Origin: an uncultured Alphaproteobacteria bacterium
Lineage (GTDB): Bacteria; Pseudomonadota; Alphaproteobacteria; HIMB59; GCA-002718135
Reading direction: 5' to 3'
Assembly (NCBI GenBank): GCA_902575375.1
Contig: CACGRD010000002.1
Coordinates: 49,521 to 113,520, forward strand
Length of the DNA: 64,000 bases
In this document: positions 9,684 to 21,155 of the stretch, one piece after another
Layout: every line of letters starts with the position of its first letter
Position numbering within the stretch: position 1 is the first letter of the stretch
The notes under the pieces: generated by a model
Told to the model about the DNA's origin: nothing
What the model saw: the letters and a program-made list of their open reading frames with translations, nothing else
The model's database searches: none
Position numbers and translations under genes: made by a program

Positions 9684-10826
9684 ATGAGAATTAATATTTT
9701 CGGTAGTACAGGTGTTATAGGTAAAAAAACCTTATCTCTAATTGATAAGCATTTTCCAGATCTAAATGTGGGTTTATTATGTGCTAAGTCAAATTTAAAA
9801 TTACTAATTAAGCAAATAAAAAAATATCAACCTAAATATGCATTTTTGTATGAGCACGAAAAACTTTCTAATTTTGATTATAAAATTGGTAAAACTAAAT
9901 TCTTAAATTTATATGAATTGAAAAGTTTTTTATCATCTAGTAAATCTGATTTGAGTTTATTAGCAATATCAGGATATAAATCATTATATTTTCTTGAAAA
10001 TATAATTAAAAATACTGATAATCTAGGTATTGTATCGAAGGAAGCAATTGTCTCAGGAGGACATATATTTAAAAAAAAAAATTATTTTAATAAAACAAAC
10101 ATATTTCCAATTGATTCAGAGCATTTTTCACTTTTTGAATTTTTTAATAAAATAAATACTGAAACGGAAATAAAAAAAATTATTTTAACTGCTTCAGGTG
10201 GCCCATTTTATAAGAAAAAATTTAGTTCACTAAAAAATATAAAATTTGAACAAGCAATTAAACATCCTAAATGGAAAATGGGATACAAAAATAGTATTGA
10301 CTCAGCAACACTTGTAAACAAATGTTTAGAATTAATAGAGGCTCATTATTTATTTGATATACCTTTTAATCAAATGGAAATACTTATTCACCCTGAAGCA
10401 TTAGTGCACTCTATAGTTGAGTTTGATAACTATGTGACACAATTCAATTTATTTCATAATGACATGAATATTCCAATTTTAAATTTTTTAAATCTAACTA
10501 AAATTAAATACAAGTATAATGATAACAGATATTTTATTGCTAAATATAGAAGTTTAAATTTCAAAGAAATTAAAGATGATGTATTTCCAATCTATAAATT
10601 TTTTAATAATATAAATAAGAAAAAACCTGAAAATCTGATTAAATTTAATATTGGTAATGAGTTTGCTATAAATTTATATAAAAACAATAAGATAAAATAT
10701 ACAGATATTTACAAAATAATTAAAAAAGTAACATCTTTAAATTTGTATTCTTCACTAAACACTATTAAAGATATTATTCAATATCATGAAGAAATTGAAA
10801 AAAAGTTGTTTAATTTTAAAGTATAA
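9684..10826 (+). CDS. dxr: 1-deoxy-D-xylulose 5-phosphate reductoisomerase
   Basis: MRINIFGSTGVIGKKTL NADPH-binding N-terminus, PIDSEHFSLFE and LTASGGPF...HPKWKMG motifs. Confidence 0.93.
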   Translation: MRINIFGSTGVIGKKTLSLIDKHFPDLNVGLLCAKSNLKLLIKQIKKYQPKYAFLYEHEKLSNFDYKIGKTKFLNLYELKSFLSSSKSDLSLLAISGYKSLYFLENIIKNTDNLGIVSKEAIVSGGHIFKKKNYFNKTNIFPIDSEHFSLFEFFNKINTETEIKKIILTASGGPFYKKKFSSLKNIKFEQAIKHPKWKMGYKNSIDSATLVNKCLELIEAHYLFDIPFNQMEILIHPEALVHSIVEFDNYVTQFNLFHNDMNIPILNFLNLTKIKYKYNDNRYFIAKYRSLNFKEIKDDVFPIYKFFNNINKKKPENLIKFNIGNEFAINLYKNNKIKYTDIYKIIKKVTSLNLYSSLNTIKDIIQYHEEIEKKLFNFKV

Positions 10827-13059
10827 ATTCATTCTATTATTTGTTTTTTCTTTTTTATCAAAACCATTAATTTCTAATGAAATTACATTTGATATTCAAG
10901 GAAACGACTTCACTGATACTGAAGCAATTTTATCAATTTTAAATGAAATTCCAGATACTTCAAACAAAGAATCCACTAATGATATAATTAGAGTTTTAAT
11001 AGAATCAGATCTTTTTTCTGATGTTCAAGTAAAACTTTTAGATAATAAATATTTAATTATGGTTAAAGAGTATCCTAATATAGATAGATTATATTTTAAA
11101 AATAATGAAAGATTAAAAGATGAAGATTTAGAGCTTATTGCTTCACAACTTAATTTTACGAAATCAAATAAATCTTCCATAAATCTGTTTATTAAAGAAA
11201 TCAAAAATGCATATCAATCTTTTGGATACAATAATATTCAAATTGATTACTCAGAAAAAAAATACCCTGAGACGAATACAGTTGATTTAAATTTTGATAT
11301 TAATGAAGGCAAAATTACAAAGATTAATAAAATTATTATAAATAGTAATAATTTTATTTTAGATGAGGATATTAGAGCAATAATTAAATCTAAAACTAAA
11401 ACAATTAGGAATATCTTTGCTAACAATAATTACAAACCTAATGTTCTTGAAAGAGATAAATTTTTAATAATTAATTATTTCAAAGAATATGGTTATCTTG
11501 ATGTTAAAGTAGAAACAAAAATTGAATATTTAAAAACTAATAGAGTAAATATTTATTTATATATAGAAGAAGGTGATGAATATTCTTTTTCTTCAATTAA
11601 CATCGAAGATAATAATAATATCTTAGATAACAATACATTAAGCAAAGTAAATCAAAAAATTGAATTATTTTTGAATGATAAAAATATATATTCTGTAAGT
11701 AAAGTTAACAATCTTAAAAAAAATGTTTCCTCTATTGTTTTAAATAATGGTATTGATTTTTTTGAAATTCAAACATATGAAAACAAAGTAAATACTAATC
11801 AAGTCAATGTTTTATTTCAAATTTTACCAATAATACCAAAGTATACCAATCAAATTAATATTGTAGGTAATTCAAGAACTTTTGATCATGTTATAAGAAG
11901 AGAATTAGAAATTGTTGAAGGTGACGCAATTTATGACAGCCAAATTCAAAATATTAGAGATAAGTTAATTGCATTAAATTTGTTTGAGTCAGTAAATCTT
12001 AAAAAAGAGGAAATTGATAATAATAAGATTAATCTTATCATAGAGGTTGAAGAAAAGCAGACAGGTACATTTAATGCCGGTGTATCTCTTGGTACTCTTG
12101 ATGGGTTTTCAATAGTTACTGGATTAAGAGAGAGAAATTTTTATGGAACTGGAAGATCTTTAGATGTTTTATTAAATACTTCAAATGACAAAAATCAATT
12201 TAAATTAATTACTACAGATAGATTATCATATGAAAATGATGCTGATATTAGTTACAGCATTAATTATAAACAAGAAGATTTTTCTAATGCTAGTTCATAT
12301 ACTCTAGATACACTTTCCTCTGGTATCGGAGTTGGATATCAAATTAGTAATAATTTGTATCATAATATCGATTTTGAATATGCTTTAAAGGATTACAAAG
12401 TTACAAATTCATCTACAGTCTCAAACACAATTTTAAATTCCTCTGGTTCTAACATAAGTTATTTGATTAAAAACAATCTAAGATATTCTACACTAAATAA
12501 AGGGTTTATTGCAAAAACTGGTAATTATATTAACTTTAATAATATAATTGAAACTCCAACTAGCTCCAATAATGGTTTTGTCAAAAACATAGTCACTATA
12601 AAAAAATATATTAGTGGTAAAAAAAGTATTTATGGAATTCATGGTAAACTTGGCAATATATTTTCACTAAATAATAATGATATTTTAACTGATGATAAAT
12701 TTGCTTTAGGCGGTAGATCACTTAGGGGATTTGATATTTATGGAGCAGGTCCTCGTAACTCAAGAACATCCTATATAGGAGGTAATAATCTTGCTGTATT
12801 AAAATTAGATTATTCATACGAAATTACTAATCAATCAAATTTTCCATTTTATTTAAATATTTTTAATGATTATGGATTAGTTTGGGATAATAAAACTAAA
12901 CCCACTCAAAGTGATAATAATATAAGATCATCTGTAGGATTTGGAATAAAATACTATTCACCAGTAGGACCAATAGGATTTACATGGGGTTTCCCAATAA
13001 TTGATGAGGAATATGATATAAAAAGAATGTTCTTATTTTCTGTAGGTAATTTAGATTGA
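10786..13059 (+). CDS. bamA: Outer membrane protein assembly factor BamA
   Basis: 757 aa with a signal peptide, POTRA-like repeats and a C-terminal beta-barrel (...GFTWGFPI...RMFLFSVG). Followed by skp-lpxD. Confidence 0.9.
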   Translation: MKKLKKSCLILKYKFILLFVFSFLSKPLISNEITFDIQGNDFTDTEAILSILNEIPDTSNKESTNDIIRVLIESDLFSDVQVKLLDNKYLIMVKEYPNIDRLYFKNNERLKDEDLELIASQLNFTKSNKSSINLFIKEIKNAYQSFGYNNIQIDYSEKKYPETNTVDLNFDINEGKITKINKIIINSNNFILDEDIRAIIKSKTKTIRNIFANNNYKPNVLERDKFLIINYFKEYGYLDVKVETKIEYLKTNRVNIYLYIEEGDEYSFSSINIEDNNNILDNNTLSKVNQKIELFLNDKNIYSVSKVNNLKKNVSSIVLNNGIDFFEIQTYENKVNTNQVNVLFQILPIIPKYTNQINIVGNSRTFDHVIRRELEIVEGDAIYDSQIQNIRDKLIALNLFESVNLKKEEIDNNKINLIIEVEEKQTGTFNAGVSLGTLDGFSIVTGLRERNFYGTGRSLDVLLNTSNDKNQFKLITTDRLSYENDADISYSINYKQEDFSNASSYTLDTLSSGIGVGYQISNNLYHNIDFEYALKDYKVTNSSTVSNTILNSSGSNISYLIKNNLRYSTLNKGFIAKTGNYINFNNIIETPTSSNNGFVKNIVTIKKYISGKKSIYGIHGKLGNIFSLNNNDILTDDKFALGGRSLRGFDIYGAGPRNSRTSYIGGNNLAVLKLDYSYEITNQSNFPFYLNIFNDYGLVWDNKTKPTQSDNNIRSSVGFGIKYYSPVGPIGFTWGFPIIDEEYDIKRMFLFSVGNLD

Positions 13060-13589
13060 AGTTAATTTATATTATATTATTTCTTGTTATAAATATTTTC
13101 TCCTCTAAGATTTTTTCACAAACTATTGCTATTGTGAATGTTCAGTCGCTGATTGACAATAACAAAATTTACCAAAAAACTGTGAAAGATATTGAAATAA
13201 ATCAGGAACAGTACCTAAAAGATTTTAATATAATAGAAAATGAATTGATTAAAAAATTGAATGAAATTGAAGAGTCTAAATTAATTTTAAGTGAAGAAGA
13301 AATTGGAAAACAAATTGAAAATTATAATAATCAGCTATCTCAATTTAGTATAACAATTGAAGAATTTAATTTCCATTATCAAAATGAAATTATTAAAATT
13401 AGGGAGATAATTTTAAAAGAAATTTTAAAGTTACTGGAAAAATATGCTCTTGAAAATAGTGTTGATTTAATATTAGACTCAACTTCTTATTTGATAGCAT
13501 CTAATTCTTTAGATATAACTATTGATATAAACAGTGAATTAGAGGAATTAAATTTAAATTTGGAATATAAAGATTTTGAAAAAAATTAA
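13056..13589 (+). CDS. skp: Skp/OmpH-family periplasmic chaperone
   Basis: 177 aa with a signal peptide and a coiled-coil-rich body. Lies in the canonical position between bamA and lpxD. TTG start. Confidence 0.75.
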   Translation: MKLIYIILFLVINIFSSKIFSQTIAIVNVQSLIDNNKIYQKTVKDIEINQEQYLKDFNIIENELIKKLNEIEESKLILSEEEIGKQIENYNNQLSQFSITIEEFNFHYQNEIIKIREIILKEILKLLEKYALENSVDLILDSTSYLIASNSLDITIDINSELEELNLNLEYKDFEKN

Positions 13590-14562
13590 ATATATAGAAA
13601 TTAAAAAAATATTAGAGAAAAATTCATTAGAAGTAAGTTCTGAACTTTCTGAAAATGAAATATTTTCTAATTTAAAAACTATATCAAACTCATCTGAAAA
13701 TGACTTATCTTTTTTTTCAAATATTAGATATCTTAATGATTTAAAAGAAATAAAGGCTAAAGCATGCTTAATTGAAGAAAAATTTGTAAGTTATCTTCCT
13801 AAAAATTGTTATCCGATTATTGTTGAGGATCCATACTTAGCTCTAGCTCTTGTAAGTAATTTATTTAATAATGAAATTTTTGCTTCAAATGGAATCGTTT
13901 CAAATCATACGTCTATAGATTCAAATAGCAAAATTGAAAAAAATGTTCAAATTAACCAATATACAACCATTTTTCAGAATACTGAAATTAAAGAAGGTGC
14001 CTATATTGGTTCAAACTCAAGTATTGGTCCAAATGTTATTATTCATAAAAATGTTTTTATTCATGATAATGTCTCTATTTCCAATTCAATTATAATGGAA
14101 AATTGTATAATTAAATCAGGTGCTAGAATTGGTGGAACTGGTTTTGGGTTTGAAATGAAAACTAAACAGAAAATTAATCATAGTGGCAATGTTGTAATTG
14201 GAAAAAATTCATCAATAGGTTCTAACACTACTATCGATAGAGCGGTTTTTGACTCAACCTCAGTAGGAGAATTTTCTAATATAGATAATTTAGTCCAAAT
14301 TGCTCATAATGTTAACATTGGAAATTACGCAGTAATAGCTGCTCAAGTTGGCATTGCTGGAAGTACCAAAATAGGTAATTACGTTACAATTGGAGGACAA
14401 GCAGGCATATCAGGTCATTTAAAAATAGGTGATAATGTTACAATCGCTGGTAAAAGTGGAGTGACAAAAAACATAGCTGACAATTCAATAATTGCTGGTT
14501 TCCCAGCAAAAGATATTAAGTTATGGAAGAAAGAAATTATAAGAAATAGTTTAAGAAAATGA
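13576..14562 (+). CDS. lpxD: UDP-3-O-acylglucosamine N-acyltransferase
   Basis: 328 aa with left-handed beta-helix hexapeptide repeats (IGSNSSIGPNVIIHKNVFIHDNVSI...). Sits between skp and fabZ. Confidence 0.9.
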   Translation: MKKIKYIEIKKILEKNSLEVSSELSENEIFSNLKTISNSSENDLSFFSNIRYLNDLKEIKAKACLIEEKFVSYLPKNCYPIIVEDPYLALALVSNLFNNEIFASNGIVSNHTSIDSNSKIEKNVQINQYTTIFQNTEIKEGAYIGSNSSIGPNVIIHKNVFIHDNVSISNSIIMENCIIKSGARIGGTGFGFEMKTKQKINHSGNVVIGKNSSIGSNTTIDRAVFDSTSVGEFSNIDNLVQIAHNVNIGNYAVIAAQVGIAGSTKIGNYVTIGGQAGISGHLKIGDNVTIAGKSGVTKNIADNSIIAGFPAKDIKLWKKEIIRNSLRK

Positions 14563-14993
14563 AATTAAATATAGAAGAAATTAAAAACCTCATTCCACAT
14601 AGAGATCCATTTTTATTTGTTGATACCTGTGAGATAATTACACCCGGTGAGCATGGTAAATCTGAAAAATTATTTACTGCAAATGAATATTTTTTTAAGG
14701 GACATTTTCCTGATAAACCAATTGTTCCTGGAGTAATTATTGTTGAAGCGATGGCTCAAACAGCTGGCATAGTTGTTTCATACAAACTTAAAGAATTTAA
14801 AGAAAAGTCAGTTCTATTCATGAGTGTAAATAAAGCTAAATTTAGAAAACCAATACTTCCAAATGAAAAAGTATTATTTGAAGTAACTTTTGTTAATAGT
14901 GTTAGAGATGTCTATAAATTTGAAGGTAATTGCTATAAAGATGACGTAAAAGTTTGTGAGGCTGAGTTTTCAGCAATGATAACTTATAAGTAA
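14559..14993 (+). CDS. fabZ: 3-hydroxyacyl-ACP dehydratase FabZ
   Basis: LIPHRDPFLFVD...FFKGHFPDKPIVPGVIIVEAMAQT hot-dog motif. Confidence 0.95.
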   Translation: MKLNIEEIKNLIPHRDPFLFVDTCEIITPGEHGKSEKLFTANEYFFKGHFPDKPIVPGVIIVEAMAQTAGIVVSYKLKEFKEKSVLFMSVNKAKFRKPILPNEKVLFEVTFVNSVRDVYKFEGNCYKDDVKVCEAEFSAMITYK

Positions 14994-15053
14994 TAATTAG
15001 AAATATATTATTTATTTTAAGTCACGTTTTCATAATTTAATAGTTTTAGATAT

Positions 15054-15839
15054 ATGATCCATCCTTCAGCTGTTGTTTCAAATAATGCAGAAATTGACCA
15101 AACAACAAATATTGGTCCTTTTTGTATTGTTGGAGATGGAGTAAAAATTGGAAAAAATAACAATCTAATTTCTCATGTATCTATTACTGGTGATACAATT
15201 ATAGAAAATAATAATACGTTTTATCCATTCTGTTCAATTGGCTCAGAACCTCAAGATTTAAAATATAATAAAGAAAAATCCTATCTTAAAATTGGCAGTA
15301 ATAATAAATTTAGAGAAAATGCTACTGTAAATCCAGGAACATCTGGCGGAGGTTTAAATACAATTATAGCTGATAATTGTTTATTTATGGTTGGCTCACA
15401 TGTAGCACATGATTGTATTATTAAATCAAATGTTATTTTAGCCAATAATGCAACTCTTGCAGGACATGTAGAAATTGATAATAATGCAATTTTAGGAGGT
15501 AATTCAGCAATTCATCAATTTGTTAGAATAGGAAAATATGCAATGATTGGTGGTATGAGTGGTGTGGAAAAAGATATCATTCCATATGGCTTGTATACAG
15601 GAATAAGAGAAAATTTAAAAAGCTTAAACCTCATTGGTTTAAAAAGAAAAGGCTTAACATCAAATGCAATCAATGAAATTAAAAATCTTATAAATATGAT
15701 TTTTGATAAAAATGATACAATTGAAAATAATATTAAAAATAATTTTGTTGAAAGTTCTGAAATTTTAGAAATTAAGGAAGTAATTGAATTTCTGAACTCA
15801 AATTCAAAAAGAGGTATTACCACTTTTGAAAATGACTAA
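15054..15839 (+). CDS. lpxA: Acyl-ACP--UDP-N-acetylglucosamine O-acyltransferase
   Basis: MIHPSAVVSNNAEI... hexapeptide repeats with a helical C-terminal domain. Sits in the fabZ-lpxA-lpxI-lpxB order. Confidence 0.93.
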   Translation: MIHPSAVVSNNAEIDQTTNIGPFCIVGDGVKIGKNNNLISHVSITGDTIIENNNTFYPFCSIGSEPQDLKYNKEKSYLKIGSNNKFRENATVNPGTSGGGLNTIIADNCLFMVGSHVAHDCIIKSNVILANNATLAGHVEIDNNAILGGNSAIHQFVRIGKYAMIGGMSGVEKDIIPYGLYTGIRENLKSLNLIGLKRKGLTSNAINEIKNLINMIFDKNDTIENNIKNNFVESSEILEIKEVIEFLNSNSKRGITTFEND

Positions 15840-16644
15840 AATAGGAATAATTGCCGGGGATGGTAATTTGCCTTTATATATTGGTAAATCACTATTAAGT
15901 AAAAATTATGATATTACTTTTTTATCTTTAAATAATAAAAATAATAAATTTTATAACAACCATCATGTTGTAGATTTAGATATCTTATCAGTAAAAAAAA
16001 TCTTTAAAGTTTTAGATTCAAATAAAATAAAACATATAATATTTGCAGGGAGTATAAAAAGACCTGGTATTAAAGATTTAGGTTTTGATTTGCCGACATT
16101 ATTACTCGCTAAAAGTCTTTTATTAGAAAAAAAGGGCGACAATAATCTTTTAATGAGCTTGAAAAGATACTTTGAAACTAAAGGATATATTTTTTTTAAT
16201 TGGACCAAATATTGCAATGAATTATTTTCAACTGAAATAAATTTAACAAAAATCAAGCCATCTAAAAATGCAATTTTAAATTTAAAAAAAGCTAAATCAA
16301 TATATCAAATTTATAAGAAATTAGATGTTGGTCAGGCTATGATAATTCAAAATCAATTAGTTTTAGGATTAGAAGCTATAGAAGGAACAGATGAATTGTT
16401 AAAAAGATGTAAAGAATATAAAAGAAAAGATGATAATGGTGTACTGTTTAAATTTTCAAAACAAAACCAGAGTAATCTCATTGATATTCCCTTAATTGGT
16501 TTAGATACAATAAAAAATTTAAAAAAATATAATTATGAAGGTGTATTTTTGCAAAAAAATAAGTGTTTAATTTTAGATAAGAAAAAAATTATTGATTATG
16601 CTAGTCAAAATAATTTATTTATCTCATCAGTCGATCTAAATTGA
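15826..16644 (+). CDS. lpxI: UDP-2,3-diacylglucosamine pyrophosphatase LpxI (DUF1009 family)
   Basis: IGIIAGDGNLPLYI N-terminus and DVGQAMIIQNQLVLGLEAIEGTDELL motif. Its position between lpxA and lpxB is typical of alphaproteobacteria that lack lpxH. Confidence 0.85.
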   Translation: MKMTKIGIIAGDGNLPLYIGKSLLSKNYDITFLSLNNKNNKFYNNHHVVDLDILSVKKIFKVLDSNKIKHIIFAGSIKRPGIKDLGFDLPTLLLAKSLLLEKKGDNNLLMSLKRYFETKGYIFFNWTKYCNELFSTEINLTKIKPSKNAILNLKKAKSIYQIYKKLDVGQAMIIQNQLVLGLEAIEGTDELLKRCKEYKRKDDNGVLFKFSKQNQSNLIDIPLIGLDTIKNLKKYNYEGVFLQKNKCLILDKKKIIDYASQNNLFISSVDLN

Positions 16645-17768
16645 AAAAAGTAAAAATTTTTGTTTGTTGTACGGAACAATCTGGTGAAAATATTTGCTCA
16701 AATATTTTATCAAGAATGCATATAGATAAATACCAATTTGATGGAGTTTGTGGCAAACAATCTGAAAAATATATTTCTAATAAAATTTATGATTTATCAG
16801 AATTTAAATCTATTGGGCTTTTTGAAATAATACTTTCAATTTCAAAATATTTAAAAATGATAAGAAAATTAAAAAACTATATTATTAAAAATGATTATGA
16901 TTTAGTTTTAACTATAGACTCACCAGATTTTAATTATAACCTTGTAAACCAATTAAGAAAATCAAATTATAAGAATAAAATAATACATGTAGTTGCCCCA
17001 ACTGTTTGGGCTTGGAGATCATATAGGGCAAGGAAATTTGCAAATATTTTTGATGAAATTTTTCTATTGTTTAATTTTGAAAAAAAATATTTCAATTTTG
17101 ATAATCTAAATAAAACTTTTATTGGGCATCCAATTTTTCATATTAAAAAAAGAGAGAATAAAGGTAAATATAAGTACCTCTCTTTTTTGCCAGGTAGTAG
17201 ACAAAATGAAGTATTGAAACTTATGAAATATTTCAGTTATATTGAAAAATATATATCTAAGAATAATCTTAATTATAAAATATTTATTCCAACTTTGCCT
17301 CATCTTGCCGCTTTAATTAAAGAAAATACTAAGCAATGGAAAACTGAGACTATAATCTCAACTGATATGAATAAATTTGATGAATATTATCAAGATGTTT
17401 ACATAAGTATAACTTGTTCTGGTACTGCCTCATTAGAAATTGCCAAAAGGAATATTCCTCAAATAGTAATCTATAAACTTAATTATTTCACAGAAATTTT
17501 AATCAAACCTTTTGTAAGAGTGAAATATGCAAATCTTATCAATATTATAAGTAACCAAATGATTATTCCAGAAGTTGTTAACTCAAATTTAAATGAAAAA
17601 AAGTTATTAAATATTTTTCTAAATTTATTTAATGATAGAAAAAAACAAGAAACTCAAATTAACTCAATTAATATGTACCTTAAAGAAATTGTTAATGATT
17701 TTAGTCCTTATGATGTGAGTGTTAATCGTATAAATAAGTTACTTAATCCTTCTTCCAGAGCCAATTAA
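16641..17768 (+). CDS. lpxB: Lipid-A-disaccharide synthase
   Basis: 375 aa, GT19-like ([11 protein letters not shown]...DSPDFNYNL...[13 protein letters not shown]...LPGSRQNEV). TTG start. Confidence 0.9.
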   Translation: MKKVKIFVCCTEQSGENICSNILSRMHIDKYQFDGVCGKQSEKYISNKIYDLSEFKSIGLFEIILSISKYLKMIRKLKNYIIKNDYDLVLTIDSPDFNYNLVNQLRKSNYKNKIIHVVAPTVWAWRSYRARKFANIFDEIFLLFNFEKKYFNFDNLNKTFIGHPIFHIKKRENKGKYKYLSFLPGSRQNEVLKLMKYFSYIEKYISKNNLNYKIFIPTLPHLAALIKENTKQWKTETIISTDMNKFDEYYQDVYISITCSGTASLEIAKRNIPQIVIYKLNYFTEILIKPFVRVKYANLINIISNQMIIPEVVNSNLNEKKLLNIFLNLFNDRKKQETQINSINMYLKEIVNDFSPYDVSVNRINKLLNPSSRAN

Positions 17769-19101
17769 AAATTGATTTTTTTTCTCTAGAAGACTCAACT
17801 TGATATGGCCTAGCCTTATAACCAGTGTATAATTGACGAGGTCTGCCAATTTTATTAATAGGATCTTCTATCATTTCTTTCCATTGAGATATCCATCCTA
17901 CAGTTCTTCCTATTGCAAATAGCACTGTAAACATGCTTGTAGGGAAACCTAATGCTTTTAGAATTATACCTGAATAGAAATCTACATTTGGGAATAATTT
18001 TTTATTAATAAAATATTCATCTTTCAGGGCTATTTTTTCTAATTCTATTGCAATTTTAAGCAATGGATCATCTTGCATATTTAACTCTTCTAAAACCTCA
18101 TGCGCACTTTCTTTCATCACAGTGGCTCTTGGATCATAGTTTTTATAAACTCTATGCCCAAAACCCATTAATCTAAAAGAGTCATTTTTATCTTTAGCTT
18201 TATCAATAAATTTTTGTATATTCGATACATCACCAATCTCTTCTAACATTTTAATTACTGCTTCATTTGCTCCACCATGAGCTGGTCCCCACAAAGATGC
18301 AATACCAGCAGCAATACAAGCGAAAGGATTTGCACCAGATGAACCTGCCAATCTTACTGTTGAAGTGGATGCATTTTGTTCATGATCAGCATGTAATGTA
18401 AAAAATCTATCCATTGCTCTTACAATTTTTGGACTCACCTTGTAATCTTCTGATGGCACAGAAAATGTCATGTATAAAAAATTTTCTGCATAAGAAAGAT
18501 CATTTCTTGGATAAACAAATGGTTGACCAATTGAATATTTATAAGCCATTGCACCTATTGTTGGAATTTTTGCTATTAATCTATGACAGGCAATCATTCT
18601 TTGATTAATGTCTGAAAAATCAGTACTGTCATGATAAAAGGCGGAAAGGGCGCCAACAACACCTACCATAATTGCCATAGGGTGCGCATCTCTACGAAAA
18701 CCTCTGTATAAATTTACTAGTTGCTCATGCAACATTGTATGATTGGTTATTACATCTTTAAATTTCTGCTTGTCTTCAGGTGAGGGTAATTCACCGTGCA
18801 GTAAAAGATAACAAACTTCAAGAAATTCACTTTTAGATGCCAAATCGTGTATATCATAGCCTCTATGACGAAGAATTCCTTTTTCACCATCTATATATGT
18901 TATTCCAGATTCACATGATGCAGTTGAAGTAAAACCTGGATCAAAAGTAAATAAACCTGTTTCTTGATAAAGTTTACGAATATCCAAAACATTTGGACCA
19001 TCTTTACTTTCTATAAGAGGTAATTGATAGGATTTACCACTCTCATTATTAAAAAGAGTAAACTGTTTATTGTTAACTTTTTTATCTTCGTAATCAGCCA
19101 T
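17743..19101 (-). CDS. gltA: Citrate synthase (type II)
   Basis: Motifs [39 protein letters not shown] and [14 protein letters not shown]. The C-terminal tail runs about 13 aa past the usual ...RPRQLYTGY end. Confidence 0.97.
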   Translation of the reverse strand: MADYEDKKVNNKQFTLFNNESGKSYQLPLIESKDGPNVLDIRKLYQETGLFTFDPGFTSTASCESGITYIDGEKGILRHRGYDIHDLASKSEFLEVCYLLLHGELPSPEDKQKFKDVITNHTMLHEQLVNLYRGFRRDAHPMAIMVGVVGALSAFYHDSTDFSDINQRMIACHRLIAKIPTIGAMAYKYSIGQPFVYPRNDLSYAENFLYMTFSVPSEDYKVSPKIVRAMDRFFTLHADHEQNASTSTVRLAGSSGANPFACIAAGIASLWGPAHGGANEAVIKMLEEIGDVSNIQKFIDKAKDKNDSFRLMGFGHRVYKNYDPRATVMKESAHEVLEELNMQDDPLLKIAIELEKIALKDEYFINKKLFPNVDFYSGIILKALGFPTSMFTVLFAIGRTVGWISQWKEMIEDPINKIGRPRQLYTGYKARPYQVESSREKKSIFNWLWKKD

Positions 19102-19103
19102 AT

Positions 19104-20504
19104 TTAATTACCTCTATATTGATTTAATCTATCAATAGTATCTTTTTTACCTAATATTACAAAAATATCAGAAATTGAAGGCCCTTGATAGGAATTTATT
19201 AGTAAAAATCTTATTGGTTTACCTATAACAGGGAATTTAATTTTATTATTTTTTAAAAAATCATTTATGACATTTTGAATATTATCACTATTCCAATCAT
19301 TTATTTCCCCAATTAAATTTAAAAATTCTTTAAAAATACTACCAAATTCTGAGGTCAGTTTTTCTGTTTTATTTATTTTATAATTTTCATCAAAATAAAC
19401 TTTAATTGTATCATTCAAATCACTTAGTTTTTTAATATCTTTTTTATAAACATTAAAAATATTTTTCATTTTTGTCTCATCTTTTTGTAGATATTTATTT
19501 AATTCAACATCACTTTCACAAAAGTTTATGAATTCTTCTATTCCGTTTTCTTTTCTTAAATAAAAATTATTAAAAAAATCTAATTTATCAAAACTAAATA
19601 TACTAGATGATTTAGATAAATTTGATATTTCAAAATTTTCAATTATTTCCTCTAATTCAATAGTTTCTGATTTCTCTTGGTTATTTGACCAACCTAAAAG
19701 TATAAGATTGTTAATAATTGCTTCTTTTAAATAACCGTCTTTTTTTAAATCTAAAATATTTACGGCACCATGTCTTTTTGATAATTTTGTTCCATCTTCT
19801 CCGTGAATAAGAGGAATATGAGCATATTGAGGTAGATCCCAATTCATAAATTTATATATGTAATATTGTCTAAAAGTATTAATAAAATGATCGTCACCTC
19901 TAATAATATAATTGACTCCTAAATCATGATCATCCACTACTACAGATAACATATACGTTGGTGATTGATCTTTTCTAAGTAGGATGAAATCATCTAACTC
20001 TAAATTTGCTACTGTAACTTCTCCTTGAATTGTGTCATTAATTTTTAAATTGCCTTCATCTGGCACATCTAATCTAACTACAAAACCTTCATCTCTACTT
20101 TGAATATCATTATCATTTTTACATTCAGTACATATTTTTTTAGAATAATTTTTATTTTCTTTAATTAACTTTCTTTGGTTAGCTATTTTTTCTTCAGAAC
20201 ATACGCATTTAAAAGCTTGTTTTTTTTGAAGTAATTCTCTAGCAATTTCTTGATGCCTTGATAATCTTTTAGATTGAACTTGAATTTCCTCATCCCAATT
20301 AAGCCCAAGCCATTTTAAAGAATTAGTTATGTTATCTGTGTATTCTTGTTTTGATCTTTCATGATCTGTATCTTCAATTCTTAAGTAAAATTTAGATGAT
20401 TCTGATTTCTTACTTACAATATAATTAATTAGAGCTGTTCTAGCACCTCCAAGATGTAGATTGCCAGTAGGAGAGGGTGCAAATCGTGTTTGTAAAATAG
20501 TCAT
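19104..20504 (-). CDS. gltX: Glutamyl-tRNA synthetase
   Basis: HIGH-type motif [21 protein letters not shown]-type KLSKRHG, and a CxC...CxxC zinc cluster. Confidence 0.95.
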   Translation of the reverse strand: MTILQTRFAPSPTGNLHLGGARTALINYIVSKKSESSKFYLRIEDTDHERSKQEYTDNITNSLKWLGLNWDEEIQVQSKRLSRHQEIARELLQKKQAFKCVCSEEKIANQRKLIKENKNYSKKICTECKNDNDIQSRDEGFVVRLDVPDEGNLKINDTIQGEVTVANLELDDFILLRKDQSPTYMLSVVVDDHDLGVNYIIRGDDHFINTFRQYYIYKFMNWDLPQYAHIPLIHGEDGTKLSKRHGAVNILDLKKDGYLKEAIINNLILLGWSNNQEKSETIELEEIIENFEISNLSKSSSIFSFDKLDFFNNFYLRKENGIEEFINFCESDVELNKYLQKDETKMKNIFNVYKKDIKKLSDLNDTIKVYFDENYKINKTEKLTSEFGSIFKEFLNLIGEINDWNSDNIQNVINDFLKNNKIKFPVIGKPIRFLLINSYQGPSISDIFVILGKKDTIDRLNQYRGN

Positions 20505-20524
20505 CTTAATATTAAGATAAACTA

Positions 20525-21151
20525 TTAATTATATTTTCTTATAATACCAGATAAAGTCCCTTGGACTTGGATTTCACCTGCTTCATATTCCTTTGTCTGA
20601 AAACTTTGATTAGCAGGAATTAACAAAACCTTGTTTCGATCAAATTTAATAGTTTTTAGAGTAACCTCGTTATCTTGTGTAATAACAGCTGCAATTTTTC
20701 CATTTTCAACATTATTTGTCTTTTTTATCACAGCAATATCACCGTCAAATATTCCTTTATCTATCATAGATAGACCTTTAACTTTTAATCCAAAATATTT
20801 AGCATTTGGTGATGTCATCGAAGAGGGTACAGAAACAAATTCATCAGCATTTTCAATAGCTTCTATTGCTTCACCTGCAGCTATTGCACCAATTAATGGG
20901 ATATTAATGCTATTCGACAAAGAATTTTCATTATCAATATTATCTTTATTAATAATTTCCATTGCTCTTGCTTTGTGCTTTAATCTTTTAATAAAACCTC
21001 TTTCTTCTAGACTTGTTATTAATCTATGAATACCTGACTTTGATTTCAGATTAACTGCACTTTTCATTTCCTCAAAAGAAGGGGAAATTTCATTACTTGA
21101 AATGTAATTTTTTAAATAATCGTATAGCTCTTTTTGTTTTTTTGTAAGCAT
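20525..21151 (-). CDS. lexA: LexA repressor (SOS regulator, S24 peptidase)
   Basis: N-terminal winged HTH (MLTKKQKELYDYLKNYI...PSFEEM), AAG cleavage site (GAIAAGEAIEA) and a Ser/Lys dyad (VKGLSMID...AVIKK). I prefer the ATG at 21151. The track's TTG at 21181 would place the SOS box inside the CDS. Confidence 0.92.
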   Translation of the reverse strand: MLTKKQKELYDYLKNYISSNEISPSFEEMKSAVNLKSKSGIHRLITSLEERGFIKRLKHKARAMEIINKDNIDNENSLSNSINIPLIGAIAAGEAIEAIENADEFVSVPSSMTSPNAKYFGLKVKGLSMIDKGIFDGDIAVIKKTNNVENGKIAAVITQDNEVTLKTIKFDRNKVLLIPANQSFQTKEYEAGEIQVQGTLSGIIRKYN

Positions 21152-21155
21152 TATC

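Noticed and set aside
20631-21029. A 132-aa plus-strand ORF antisense to lexA. Similar long antisense ORFs occur at 49995-50363 (in pepC), 53310-53627 (in topA), 41002-41385 (in ntrY), 23125-23451 (in trpD) and 15515-15823 (in lpxA).
   Set aside because: Each lies entirely opposite a well-supported conserved gene. They show hydrophobic, low-complexity composition typical of antisense frames, with no RBS, promoter or family motif.
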